The translations under genes and the position numbers were made by a program. A DNA stretch of 24,069 bases. Origin: a bacterium. Its GTDB lineage: Bacteria; Sysuimicrobiota; Sysuimicrobiia; Sysuimicrobiales; Kaftiobacteriaceae. Each line of letters starts with the position of its first letter. The stretch's first letter is position 1. The DNA is taken from positions 1 to 24,069 of the forward strand of contig JBIOWP010000099.1 of the NCBI GenBank assembly GCA_044868695.1, read 5' to 3'. Shown in pieces: positions 9,098 to 18,111 of this stretch. A model generated the notes under the pieces. It was not told where the DNA came from. It saw only the letters and a list, made by a program, of their open reading frames with translations, and made no database searches.

Positions 9098-9817
9098 ATG
9101 GCCCGCGCATACATCGGGACGTCCGGGTTCAGCTACCCTGAGTGGAAGGGAACCTTCTATCCGGCCGACCTGCCCAACGGCGAGATGCTGCGATTCTACG
9201 GGCAGGCGTTTGCCACCGTCGAAATCAACAACACCTTCTACCGGTACCCCGGTGAAGACACGCTGGCTCAGTGGGCGGCCGCCGTTCCCCCGGAGTTTCG
9301 CTTCGCGATCAAGGCGCACCGCCGGATCACCCACAACAAACGTCTCGCCGACGTCGACGGAGATTTAGCGTTTCTCTTTGAGCGGATCCGCCGTCTCGGC
9401 GACCGGCTCGGACCGATCCTGTTTCAGCTCCCACCGTCCCTACGCTGCGACCTGACGCTGCTGGAGTCGTTCCTTGCCGGCCTGCGGCCAGGGGGACAGG
9501 CCGTGCTTGAGTTCCGCCACGCCAGCTGGCGCCAGGACGCCGTGTACCGCCTGCTGGACACCCACCGTGTCGCGCTGTGCATCGCGGAGACCGACGAGGA
9601 AGCGCAGCCAGTCGAGGTCGTCGGGCCGGTCTCGTATCTGAGGCTGCACAAATCCCGTTATACGGACGAGGAGCTGCGCCGCTGGGCCGGATGGACCCGG
9701 GACCGTGAGGCGGAAGGCCGCAGCGTCTTCGCCTACTTTACGCACGAGGAGGGGGCGCCGGCAACGGACTACGCAAAAGAGCTCGCCGCGCTTACCGCTT
9801 CGGGACCTCGCTCATGA
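9098..9817 (+). CDS. DUF72 family protein
   Basis: YIGTSGFSYPEWKGTFYP, TVEINNTFYRYP, FRFAIKA, LGPILFQLPPS, LEFRHASW, YLRLH. Confidence 0.93.
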   Translation: MARAYIGTSGFSYPEWKGTFYPADLPNGEMLRFYGQAFATVEINNTFYRYPGEDTLAQWAAAVPPEFRFAIKAHRRITHNKRLADVDGDLAFLFERIRRLGDRLGPILFQLPPSLRCDLTLLESFLAGLRPGGQAVLEFRHASWRQDAVYRLLDTHRVALCIAETDEEAQPVEVVGPVSYLRLHKSRYTDEELRRWAGWTRDREAEGRSVFAYFTHEEGAPATDYAKELAALTASGPRS

Positions 9818-10178
9818 TCGCGAGGATGTTGTCTTCCGAATCGTAGAAAAAGGCCATCCACAGGTCATAGGTGTCCATCTCGGCGATGAGATGCGGCGCG
9901 TCGCGGAACTTCACGCCTCGCCCGGTCAGCCCGCGATGGGCCTCGGCAATGTCCGGGACACGGAAGTACAGCACTGAGCTCCGGCCGGATTGACCGGATC
10001 CTTCGGGGCGGCTCAGCATGAGCCGGACACCGGCGCAGTCGAAGAACGACAGCCCCGGCGGCGCGCTGAAGAGGTAGGCCATGCCGAGCCGGTCCCGGTA
10101 AAATGCCGTCGCGCGCTCGACATCCTTCACCGCGACGTGGATCTGGCCGATCTGCGACAGGCGGATCTCCTGCGTCAT
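9792..10178 (-). CDS. VOC (glyoxalase/bleomycin-resistance) family protein
   Basis: IGQIHVAVKDVERATAFYRDRLG, LSFFDCAGVRLML, WMAFFYDSEDNILAIMSE. GGAGG precedes ATG 10178. Confidence 0.9.
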   Translation of the reverse strand: MTQEIRLSQIGQIHVAVKDVERATAFYRDRLGMAYLFSAPPGLSFFDCAGVRLMLSRPEGSGQSGRSSVLYFRVPDIAEAHRGLTGRGVKFRDAPHLIAEMDTYDLWMAFFYDSEDNILAIMSEVPKR

Positions 10179-10271
10179 GGACGCCTCCGATCGCAACTCC
10201 CCGTGATGGCGGCTCGCGGGAGGGAAGCCGGCGTGCCGCGTGCTACTCTAGGATAACATCATGGCCCCATC

Positions 10272-13079
10272 ATGAGCCTGGAAGAGTACCAGCGAAAACG
10301 GCGATTCCCTCACACCCCGGAACCGCGCGGGCGCGGAACCCCGGCGCCCGCGGGGCGAGTCCAGGGGCTCCGTTTCGTCGTGCAGGAGCATCACGCCACA
10401 CGGCGGCACTGGGACTTCCGTCTCGAGATGGACGGGGTGTTGAAATCCTGGGCCGTCCCCAAGGGACCCACCTACGACCCCGACGAGAAGCGGCTCGCGG
10501 TCCCGGTCGAAGATCACCCGCTGGACTATGGGGAGTTTGAAGGCGTGATCCCGGAAGGCAATTACGGCGCCGGCCCGGTGATGGTCTGGGACACGGGTAC
10601 CTACGAGGTCCTGGAGGGCGATCCGGCGCAGGCATATGCCCGCGGAAAGCTGACCCTCATCCTCCACGGGACCAAGCTGCGCGGAGAGTTTCATCTTGTC
10701 CGGACCAAGATGGGCGGTGAAGTCCAGTGGCTGATGTTCAAGAAGCGCGATGACGACGCGGTGCCCGGGTGGACTTTGCCCGAGCCGTCCACCTCCGTCC
10801 GGACCGGCCGGACCATCGAGCAGATCCGGACCGAGGCCGGGGCGCAGTGGATCTCAGGACCCAAGGGAACGAGGAAACTAGGGAACAAGGGAACCAGAGA
10901 ACCAGGGAACACGCGAGAACAGGGTAAGACGGCAAAGAGGAGCGCCCTGGTTCCCTCGTTCCCTCGTTCCCCCGTTCCCGTATCCAAGCTCAGGCCGCTC
11001 AAGCTCGACCGACCCGGAAGCAATCCGCCTCTGCGGGACGTCAAACCGATGCTGGCCACGCTGGTGGACGCGCCCTTTGACGATCCGGCGTGGCTGTTTG
11101 AAATCAAATGGGACGGGGTGCGCGCCATCGCCTACATCCGCAGCGATGGCCCCAAGCGCGAGGTCACGCTGCGCAGCCGTGGAGGAATGACCCTCAACAC
11201 CCAGTTCCCGCAGATCGTGGACGCGCTGTATGCCGAGGGGCTCCCCAGCGCCGTTCTCGACGGAGAAATCGTCGCGCTGGACGACCGCGGCCGCGCGCAC
11301 TTCCAGCTGTTGCAGTCCCGCCTCCACGGAGACGGAACCGCGCCCGGACACGCGCCCATCATTGCCTACTACGTGTTCGACGTCTTGTACTTCAACGGCC
11401 ACCGGCTGGTCGACAGACCCCTGGTCGAACGCCGGAAGGTGCTGGAGGCGATCCTGCGCCCAGGCCGGGTCAGCCGCGTCTCAGAGGCCGTCCGGGGAGG
11501 CGGAATCTCCTTCTATCGCGCCGCCCAGGAGCTGGGGGTGGAGGGCATCGTGGCCAAGCGCGCCGACGCACCCTACCGGCCCGGCGAACGCGGGAAGACC
11601 TGGCTGAAGATCAAGGTGACTCAGCGGATGGAAGCCGTGGTGGGCGGTTTCACGCGGGGCCGGGGCGCGCGAGTGAAGACCTTCGGTGCGGTGCTGCTCG
11701 GCGTACACGATGAGCAGGGCCGCCTGCGCTACATCGGTCACTGTGGCGGCGGTTTCACCGATACTGAACTGCGGCGGCTGATGGCGCTGCTGCAGCCTCG
11801 CGTGGAAGCCGCGTGCCCGTTCTCTGAGGTCCCGCCGTCAAACGAGCAGGTCACCTGGGTCAGACCCGAGCTGGTCGTGGAAGTCGAGTACGCAGGCTGG
11901 ACGAACGACGGCCTCCTCCGCGTCCCGGTCTATCAGGGACTGCGGACCGACAAGCCGGCTCGCGAGGTGGTGCGGGAGGTCCCGCAGCCCGCAACACCAC
12001 CCCAGGAACCCCGCACGCCGGCCGTTCGTGCGCCTGGTCCAGACCGGTCCCTGGTCCCTGGTCCCCGGTCCCTGGCAGCCGATCCAATGACAGCAGTCGA
12101 GTTCACCAACCTCGACAAGGTGTTCTGGCCCGCCCAAGGGTACACGAAGGGCGATCTCATCCGCTACTATCTGGACGTCGCGCCTCACATCCTTCCTCAC
12201 CTGCGCGACCGGCCGGTAACGCTGCGCCGGTTTCCCAACGGCATCGCCGGCGAGAGTTTCTACCAGAAGGACTACCCGGATGCACCCGCGTTCGTTCACC
12301 TGGTCAGGATCTGGACGGAGAGCGAAAAGAAGATGATGGCCGCTCCGGTCTGCAACAACCTCAACACGCTGCTCTGGCTGGCACAGCTTGCCGACATCGA
12401 AATCCACACCTGGTTCAGCCGCATTACCCCGCTGCAGCGCCGTGAGGGAGGGCCGCGCGCGGGAACGGAGTTCGCGGCCTCCGCGGAGGCGCTCCGCGCG
12501 AGCGTCCTGAGCCGGCCGGACTACGTGGTGTTCGACATCGATCCTTATCTGTTCCCGGACAACAAACTGCCGCAGCGCAAGGGGGAGAAGGATCCTGACT
12601 ACTCGCGCCGGGGGTTCAATGCGGCGGCCGAGGCGGCGCTGCTCCTGCGCGACGTCTTGAAGAAACTGCGCCTGGACAGCTTCATCAAGACCTCCGGGAA
12701 GACGGGGCTGCACGTCTTTGTTCCGATCGCCCGGCGGTACATGTTCGACCAGGTGCATGCATTTGCGAAAACCGTCACGCAGTACCTGGAAGGACTTCAC
12801 CCCGCCAAGGTAACAACGGCGTGGGCGGCGGAGCAACGGGTGGGCAAGGTTTTCCTGGATTACAATCAGAACCGGCTGGGCGCCACGCTGGCCAGCGCCT
12901 ACAGTCTCCGGCCGACCCCCGACGCCACCGTGTCCCTACCGGTGTCGTGGCGGGACGTCGAGCGTGGGTTTGATCCGCTGGAGCACAACCTCCGGAGCGT
13001 CCCCCAGCTGATGCGCAAACGGAAGGATCCGTGGCGCGACCTGCTGGCGAAGTCGCAGTTGCTGGAGAAACATCTCTGA
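10272..13079 (+). CDS. ligD: DNA ligase D (phosphoesterase - ATP-dependent ligase - primase/polymerase domains)
   Basis: PE domain FVVQEHHATRRHWDFRLE...SWAVPKGP...EDHPLDY; ligase motif I FEIKWDGVRA, LDGEIV, YVFDVLY, EGIVAK, WLKIK; POL domain FTNLDKVFWP, RFPNGI, FDIDP, KTSGKTGLH, DYNQN, AYSLR. Confidence 0.97.
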   Translation: MSLEEYQRKRRFPHTPEPRGRGTPAPAGRVQGLRFVVQEHHATRRHWDFRLEMDGVLKSWAVPKGPTYDPDEKRLAVPVEDHPLDYGEFEGVIPEGNYGAGPVMVWDTGTYEVLEGDPAQAYARGKLTLILHGTKLRGEFHLVRTKMGGEVQWLMFKKRDDDAVPGWTLPEPSTSVRTGRTIEQIRTEAGAQWISGPKGTRKLGNKGTREPGNTREQGKTAKRSALVPSFPRSPVPVSKLRPLKLDRPGSNPPLRDVKPMLATLVDAPFDDPAWLFEIKWDGVRAIAYIRSDGPKREVTLRSRGGMTLNTQFPQIVDALYAEGLPSAVLDGEIVALDDRGRAHFQLLQSRLHGDGTAPGHAPIIAYYVFDVLYFNGHRLVDRPLVERRKVLEAILRPGRVSRVSEAVRGGGISFYRAAQELGVEGIVAKRADAPYRPGERGKTWLKIKVTQRMEAVVGGFTRGRGARVKTFGAVLLGVHDEQGRLRYIGHCGGGFTDTELRRLMALLQPRVEAACPFSEVPPSNEQVTWVRPELVVEVEYAGWTNDGLLRVPVYQGLRTDKPAREVVREVPQPATPPQEPRTPAVRAPGPDRSLVPGPRSLAADPMTAVEFTNLDKVFWPAQGYTKGDLIRYYLDVAPHILPHLRDRPVTLRRFPNGIAGESFYQKDYPDAPAFVHLVRIWTESEKKMMAAPVCNNLNTLLWLAQLADIEIHTWFSRITPLQRREGGPRAGTEFAASAEALRASVLSRPDYVVFDIDPYLFPDNKLPQRKGEKDPDYSRRGFNAAAEAALLLRDVLKKLRLDSFIKTSGKTGLHVFVPIARRYMFDQVHAFAKTVTQYLEGLHPAKVTTAWAAEQRVGKVFLDYNQNRLGATLASAYSLRPTPDATVSLPVSWRDVERGFDPLEHNLRSVPQLMRKRKDPWRDLLAKSQLLEKHL
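10863..10979. repeat. Octamer tandem array with inverted arm inside the ligD PE-ligase linker
   Basis: Six tandem units of consensus NAGGGAAC (10863-10910), followed by GTTCCCTC GTTCCCTC GTTCCCCC GTTCCC (10950-10979), the reverse complement of the same unit. Confidence 0.85.
12034..12071. repeat. Heptamer tandem repeat inside the ligD ligase-POL linker
   Basis: CCGGTCC CTGGTCC CTGGTCC CCGGTCC at 12044-12071, plus CTGGTCC at 12034-12040. Confidence 0.75.
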
Positions 13080-13090
13080 ATAGTATCTAC

Positions 13091-13783
13091 TCACTGGTCA
13101 CTCAGCGCGGGCTGCTGCGTTGAGGCCAGCTGCCGTAAGTAGGGACGCGCGGCGGCCAGGGCCCTGGCCCGGTGGCTGATCCGGTTCTTGACCGTCAATG
13201 GCAGCTGAGCCATCGTCTTGCCGTACTCGGGGATGAGAAAGATGGGATCGTACCCGAAGCCGTGAGATCCCCGGCTCGCGGCAGCGACCTGCCCCTCGCA
13301 AACACCCTCAAACGTGCGAACCGTCCCGTCGGCGGCCGCCACGGCGACGACCGAGCGATACCGGGCCGTGCGGGCTTTCGGCGGAACGCCCTGGAGGAGT
13401 TTCAAGATCCGGGCGTTGCGGGACGTATCCGAGACGCCGTCGCCGAGGAACCGGCGCGACTGCGGTCCCGGCCCCCCTTGGAGCGCGTCGATTTCTATTC
13501 CCGAATCGTCGGCCAGCGCAATGCGGCGCGTCAACCGCGCGACCGTCAGCGCCTTGCTGATCGCGTTCTCAGTGTAGGTGAGCCCGTCCTCGGCGAGATC
13601 ACGGATCTGCGGGAACGCGTCCAGGGAGTACACCTGCAGCGGGAGGTCCCGCAGGAGCTCGAGCATCTCGCGCACTTTTCCGATGTTCCTCGTGGCCAGG
13701 ACCACCTCAAGCGCCGTGGAGGGCGGCGCGGCCCGGCGGGTGCGCGCGGATCTGGGGCGTACGTTGCGGGACGTCCTGGGCAC
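13091..13783 (-). CDS. rdgB: Non-canonical purine NTP (XTP/dITP) pyrophosphatase, RdgB/HAM1 family
   Basis: LATRNIGK, ENAISKA, LADDSG, GFGYDPIF, KNRISHR; lies downstream of rph. Confidence 0.95.
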   Translation of the reverse strand: MPRTSRNVRPRSARTRRAAPPSTALEVVLATRNIGKVREMLELLRDLPLQVYSLDAFPQIRDLAEDGLTYTENAISKALTVARLTRRIALADDSGIEIDALQGGPGPQSRRFLGDGVSDTSRNARILKLLQGVPPKARTARYRSVVAVAAADGTVRTFEGVCEGQVAAASRGSHGFGYDPIFLIPEYGKTMAQLPLTVKNRISHRARALAAARPYLRQLASTQQPALSDQ

Positions 13784-13816
13784 GCGTGATACACCTCGGT
13801 GAGATCGCCGCCGGGG

Positions 13817-14560
13817 CTATCGCCTGGCGGCGGGGAGGACGTCGGCGAGCGCATCCTTCTGGTGAGCGATCAGCCGCCGGATGCCCTGCTCGGCCAGCGC
13901 CAGCAGCTGGAGCATCTCCTCGCGCGAAAAGGGCAGGCCCTCCGCTGTTCCCTGTAGTTCGACGATGCGCCCAGACTCCGTCATGACCACGTTCATGTCC
14001 ACACGCGCGCGGGAGTCTTCCTGGAAACTGAGATCGAGGACGGCCTGCCCTTCCACGAATCCCGCGCTGGTCGCCGCCAGGAACTCGCGCAGCGGCCAGA
14101 CCGTGATCGCGCCGGTGGACCGCAGCACGTGGAGCGCGTCCACCAGGGCCACGAACGCGCCGGTGATCGCGGCGGTGCGGGTTCCCCCGTCGGCCTGAAT
14201 GACGTCGCAGTCGATCCAGATCGTCCGCTCGCCGAGCTTTTCAAGATCGACGGCCGCCCGCAGCGAACGCCCCACCAGCCGCTGGATCTCCTGCACGCGC
14301 CCGCCGGGTCGGCCGATGTCTCTCGCGTTGCGCTCTTGGGTCGCGCGGGGAATCATGCCGTACTCGGCGGTGATCCATCCCTGCCCGGCGCCGCGGAGCC
14401 AATGGGGAACGCGGTCTTCGATGCTGGCGGAACAGACGACGCGGGTGTCCCCGAGCTCGATCAGAACCGAGCCCTCGGCGTATTTCAGATATCGCCGGGT
14501 GAGTGTGACGGCTCGCAGGTCATCGGGCCGGCGCCCATCGGGCCGCGGCATGTGCTTCAC
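13817..14560 (-). CDS. rph: Ribonuclease PH
   Basis: [69 protein letters not shown]. Start is GTG 14560 (GTGA overlap) or ATG 14551. Confidence 0.96.
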   Translation of the reverse strand: MKHMPRPDGRRPDDLRAVTLTRRYLKYAEGSVLIELGDTRVVCSASIEDRVPHWLRGAGQGWITAEYGMIPRATQERNARDIGRPGGRVQEIQRLVGRSLRAAVDLEKLGERTIWIDCDVIQADGGTRTAAITGAFVALVDALHVLRSTGAITVWPLREFLAATSAGFVEGQAVLDLSFQEDSRARVDMNVVMTESGRIVELQGTAEGLPFSREEMLQLLALAEQGIRRLIAHQKDALADVLPAARR

Positions 14561-15318
14561 ACCTCATAGGTGACGCCTTCCTCGGCAACCTCGGCGCCGC
14601 CGAACTCCTTCGCTGCTGCGTCGCGCGACTCCTTGACCGCATGCCGGGGCGAAAAGAAATGGGTCAGCAGCAGTCGCTTCGCCCCTGCGCGCCGCGCCGC
14701 CGCGCCGGCCATGCCGCCGGTGAGGTGGCCCAACTGGGCAGACAGATGCTCATCGCCCTCCATCAGCGTGCACTCGCACAGGAACACATCGCAGCCCGAC
14801 GCCAGCCGCTCGAGAGCGTCACAGGGACCGGTGTCGGCGCTGTAGACAAGGCGGCGGCCGCCGGCGGTCACTTCTACGGCGTGGCAGGGCGTCGGATGGA
14901 CCGTCAGCACAAACCGCAGGCGCGCGCTCTTCACGACCCCCGCGCCGTCCTCAAGCGCCCGGAAGGAGAACCCCGCGGTAAACTCCTCCCGGGACTCTGC
15001 CTTCGGCAGACAGGCGGCCAGATAGCCCGCCGCGCCGGCGGGCGCGAACAGCGGCACCGGAGGCGCGCCCGGCGCCGGCATCCGGCCGTACGCCAGCTCG
15101 TTGCGCAGAGGGTAGATGTCGCTGAAGTGGTCGGGATGCAGGTGGGTGAGCACTACGGCGTCGAGGTCAAACGCGGTGCAGACCCGGTGGAGGCTGGCGA
15201 CCACGCCCGAGCCGCAATCCAGCAGAATCCGGACACCGTCGGCCTCGACAAGATACCCCGGGCAGGCGCCGCCGGCAGGCGGATATGGAGACCACTTTCC
15301 CAGGACGGTGAGTTTCAT
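14557..15318 (-). CDS. MBL-fold metallo-hydrolase (RNase Z-like / Rv1339-like phosphodiesterase)
   Basis: MKLTVLG, LLDCGSG, THLHPDH (HxHxDH), YSADTG, GHLT, LLLTHF. Confidence 0.88.
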   Translation of the reverse strand: MKLTVLGKWSPYPPAGGACPGYLVEADGVRILLDCGSGVVASLHRVCTAFDLDAVVLTHLHPDHFSDIYPLRNELAYGRMPAPGAPPVPLFAPAGAAGYLAACLPKAESREEFTAGFSFRALEDGAGVVKSARLRFVLTVHPTPCHAVEVTAGGRRLVYSADTGPCDALERLASGCDVFLCECTLMEGDEHLSAQLGHLTGGMAGAAARRAGAKRLLLTHFFSPRHAVKESRDAAAKEFGGAEVAEEGVTYEV

Positions 15319-16995
15319 TCAAGGACTGGGCGACGGATACACGGCGAGAAAGCGGGTGATGCCGCGGTAGACGGCTTCGGCAATGCGGCGGCGGAACCCC
15401 TGGTCGCGCAGCCTGGTCTCGTCGTCACTGTGGGAGATGAACGCCGTCTCGACGAGGACCGTCGGGACCCCGCTGTCGCGCAGCACCAAAAAGTTCGCCG
15501 TCTTGATCCCACGGCTGGGGATGCCGAGGACGATGCCGAGTTCGTCCTGGATCATTTGCGCCAGCGCAAGACTCTGCGGCGTCAGGTAATAGGTTTCCGA
15601 CCCATTGACGGCCGCGCGGGCCGACGCGTTGGCGTGCAAGCTGACAAAGAGGGTCGCGCCTGCGTCGCGGGCCACCCGCGGCCGGTCGGCCAGTTCCACG
15701 GTCGTGTCGGTGTCGCGGACCATCATCACCCGGACCCCGTCGGAGGTGAGCAGGTCGCGGATCGACAGTCCGATGTCCAGCACAACGTCGGCCTCCCGCA
15801 ATCCACTCGGGCCGATGGCCCCCGGGTCTCTGCCACCGTGCCCCGGATCCAGCGCCACCAGGTGTCCGCGCGCGGGGCTCGTGCTGAGATCGACCACGAG
15901 GTGACCCGATGACTGGCTGGTGACGTAATTCAACTTGCGCTTCAGCGTGACCACAATGCGGGTCACCGGAGGGTTCGCCGTAAACTGCGCCGCGCGGACG
16001 GCGATGACCGACGTCCCGTCCACGGCGAACTCCTGCTTGACGGGGATGAACACCGCATCCTGAATGTCGATGGCGAGGCGGTCGGGGAAGACAAATTCGC
16101 GGATCTTGTACTCCATCGGCCCGAGGCCGTCCACGGTGATCCGGCCGGCCTCGCCGTCGGGCTGGAATGAGATCCCCATCACCTTGATCGGACCCGCCGC
16201 CGGAGACGCCGGACCGCTGTTGGACCCGCCTCCACCGGCGTCGAGCGGCATGGACCCTTTGGGCCGGATTTCCAGCATCACCATATAGCTTGTCGGCGCG
16301 GCCGTGACCTTGATGTCGACAGGCTGATCCAGGTCGAACACTATCCGCGAGACATACGGCCTGACCTGGAACTGGCCCGTGCGAATGCGGATCACGCCGG
16401 CATCGCCGACCGGGTACTCACGTTCCTGCGTCCGCAGGGCGGCGTTGAGGAAGTCGACGACCAGCCGGTCCGGCTTGCTGAGCACGTTGGTCTCGACCTG
16501 CAGCGGCCCGGTGGCGTCGACGGCAACCTGCAGCGTGCCTCCAAACAGCTGCGGTGCGACGGCGGTGATCTGTGAACTGACGAACAGCGCCTGGTCGGCT
16601 TCCTCAAACCTGGTCCAGGCTCCCAGCAGCCCAAAGACCGCCTGCGCGGGCACGAACACGTGAGAGCCGATCAGCGCCGGGGCCGCGGGCAACGCGCGCG
16701 CGCGGCCGTTGACGACGGCGGTAGCTTCGTTCAAGCGCAGCTCTACTGTGGTCCGGATCCGGTTGGCGATGACGATCGTACGGTCGGTCTCGTAATAGGC
16801 AGCGATGGCCCCCATGGGCTCGAACAGCCCGGAAATGGGAGCCATGACCTGCCCGTTGAAGAGCACGGCAGGAGCGGCAAGCGGCACGTCAACGCCGTTG
16901 ACCACTACCCTGACTCCGGCGGCCTGCCCGGCAGCAGAACCGGACACCAACAACGCCATCACCGCCGTCAGGAGCGCGGCTGCAACGACTTTCAT
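15319..16995 (-). CDS. Secreted N-acetylmuramoyl-L-alanine amidase (stalk/Cu-amine-oxidase-N-like domain, two AMIN domains, Amidase_3)
   Basis: Signal peptide; two AMIN-like repeats (PDRLVVDF...RIVFDL; PDRLAIDI...RIVVTL); catalytic LDPGHGGRDPGA, READVVL, FVSLHAN, LVETAFIS. Confidence 0.92.
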   Translation of the reverse strand: MKVVAAALLTAVMALLVSGSAAGQAAGVRVVVNGVDVPLAAPAVLFNGQVMAPISGLFEPMGAIAAYYETDRTIVIANRIRTTVELRLNEATAVVNGRARALPAAPALIGSHVFVPAQAVFGLLGAWTRFEEADQALFVSSQITAVAPQLFGGTLQVAVDATGPLQVETNVLSKPDRLVVDFLNAALRTQEREYPVGDAGVIRIRTGQFQVRPYVSRIVFDLDQPVDIKVTAAPTSYMVMLEIRPKGSMPLDAGGGGSNSGPASPAAGPIKVMGISFQPDGEAGRITVDGLGPMEYKIREFVFPDRLAIDIQDAVFIPVKQEFAVDGTSVIAVRAAQFTANPPVTRIVVTLKRKLNYVTSQSSGHLVVDLSTSPARGHLVALDPGHGGRDPGAIGPSGLREADVVLDIGLSIRDLLTSDGVRVMMVRDTDTTVELADRPRVARDAGATLFVSLHANASARAAVNGSETYYLTPQSLALAQMIQDELGIVLGIPSRGIKTANFLVLRDSGVPTVLVETAFISHSDDETRLRDQGFRRRIAEAVYRGITRFLAVYPSPSP

Positions 16996-17178
16996 CCCCT
17001 ACCTCACCGTGCGCACACCACCTGCCGTTCCCTTGGAGTCTCCTTCGCAGACCTCTCCCGAGCCTCTGGAGTTTCGCCCGGGCGTGCGGATTTCCTGCGA
17101 GGATTTCACGCGAGGCGATACGAAACCGTGACGTGCGTCGAATAGTTGTGGAACAAACCCCCAAGAAGGGAGCTTCCT

Positions 17179-18111
17179 ATGGGTGACCTGGAGCGCTACA
17201 TCGTCGAAGAGTGGGCGGAGGACTACCGCGACGGACGGCTGAACCGGCGGGAGTTCCTCCGCCGGATCGCGATCATGGCCGGCGGCACCGCGGTCGCGCT
17301 GCCGGTGCTCGGCCAGCTGGGCGTCTCTGCGACTCTAGAAGAGGTTTCCGCGGCCGCCGCGCAGACGCCGCCCGCCGTTGCGCAGGCCCAGGGCATCACT
17401 GTCCCGCCGGACGACCCGTCGATCGAAGGCGGGATGGTGACGTTTCCTGCGGGCGCGGTGACCGTTATGGGGTATCTTGCGCGGCCGAAGTTCAGGGGCC
17501 CGGTCCCCGGGATCATCGTGGTTCATGAGAACCGCGGTCTGCTGGAACACTTTAAAGACATCTGCCGGCGGTTCGCCAAGGTGGGCTACATCGGGCTGGC
17601 GGTCGATCTCGCCTCCCACGAGGGCGGGACGGCAAAGTACAGTGATCCGGCCGAGGTCACAGCGATCCTGGGGCGCACGCCGCCGGAGCAGCTCGTGGCC
17701 ATGCTCAGCGCCAGCGTGTCATACCTGCAGAGCCTCCAGACGGTGCGGAAGGACCGGATCGGTGTTGTCGGCTACTGCTTTGGAGGCGGGATGACGTGGC
17801 GGCTGGCGACAAGCAATACCGCGATCAGAGCCGCCGCGCCCCATTACGGACCCAATCCTCCACTGGAGGACGTGCCGAAGACTAGGGCGGCGATCCTCGC
17901 CATCTACGGAGGAGAAGACGCCCGGATCAACGCGGGCATTCCGGACATCCGCGCGGCGATGGAGCGCGCTCACGTCACGCACGAGATCGCCGTCTACCCC
18001 GGCGCGAACCACGCGTTCTTCAACGATACCGGCGCGCGCTACCACGAGTCATCCGCAAGAAACGCCTGGCAGCGCACCGTGGCCTGGTTCGACCGCTACC
18101 TGAAGCGCTAG
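17179..18111 (+). CDS. Dienelactone hydrolase family protein (YghX-like) with twin-arginine-like N-terminal segment
   Basis: NRREFLRR plus hydrophobic stretch; VHENRGL, nucleophile GYCFGG, GEDARIN, ANHAFFND. GGGAG precedes ATG 17179. Confidence 0.9.
   Translation: MGDLERYIVEEWAEDYRDGRLNRREFLRRIAIMAGGTAVALPVLGQLGVSATLEEVSAAAAQTPPAVAQAQGITVPPDDPSIEGGMVTFPAGAVTVMGYLARPKFRGPVPGIIVVHENRGLLEHFKDICRRFAKVGYIGLAVDLASHEGGTAKYSDPAEVTAILGRTPPEQLVAMLSASVSYLQSLQTVRKDRIGVVGYCFGGGMTWRLATSNTAIRAAAPHYGPNPPLEDVPKTRAAILAIYGGEDARINAGIPDIRAAMERAHVTHEIAVYPGANHAFFNDTGARYHESSARNAWQRTVAWFDRYLKR

Noticed and set aside
13091..13104. TCACTGG TCACTCA heptamer pair at the rdgB stop
   Set aside because: Only two imperfect units; not distinguishable from chance.
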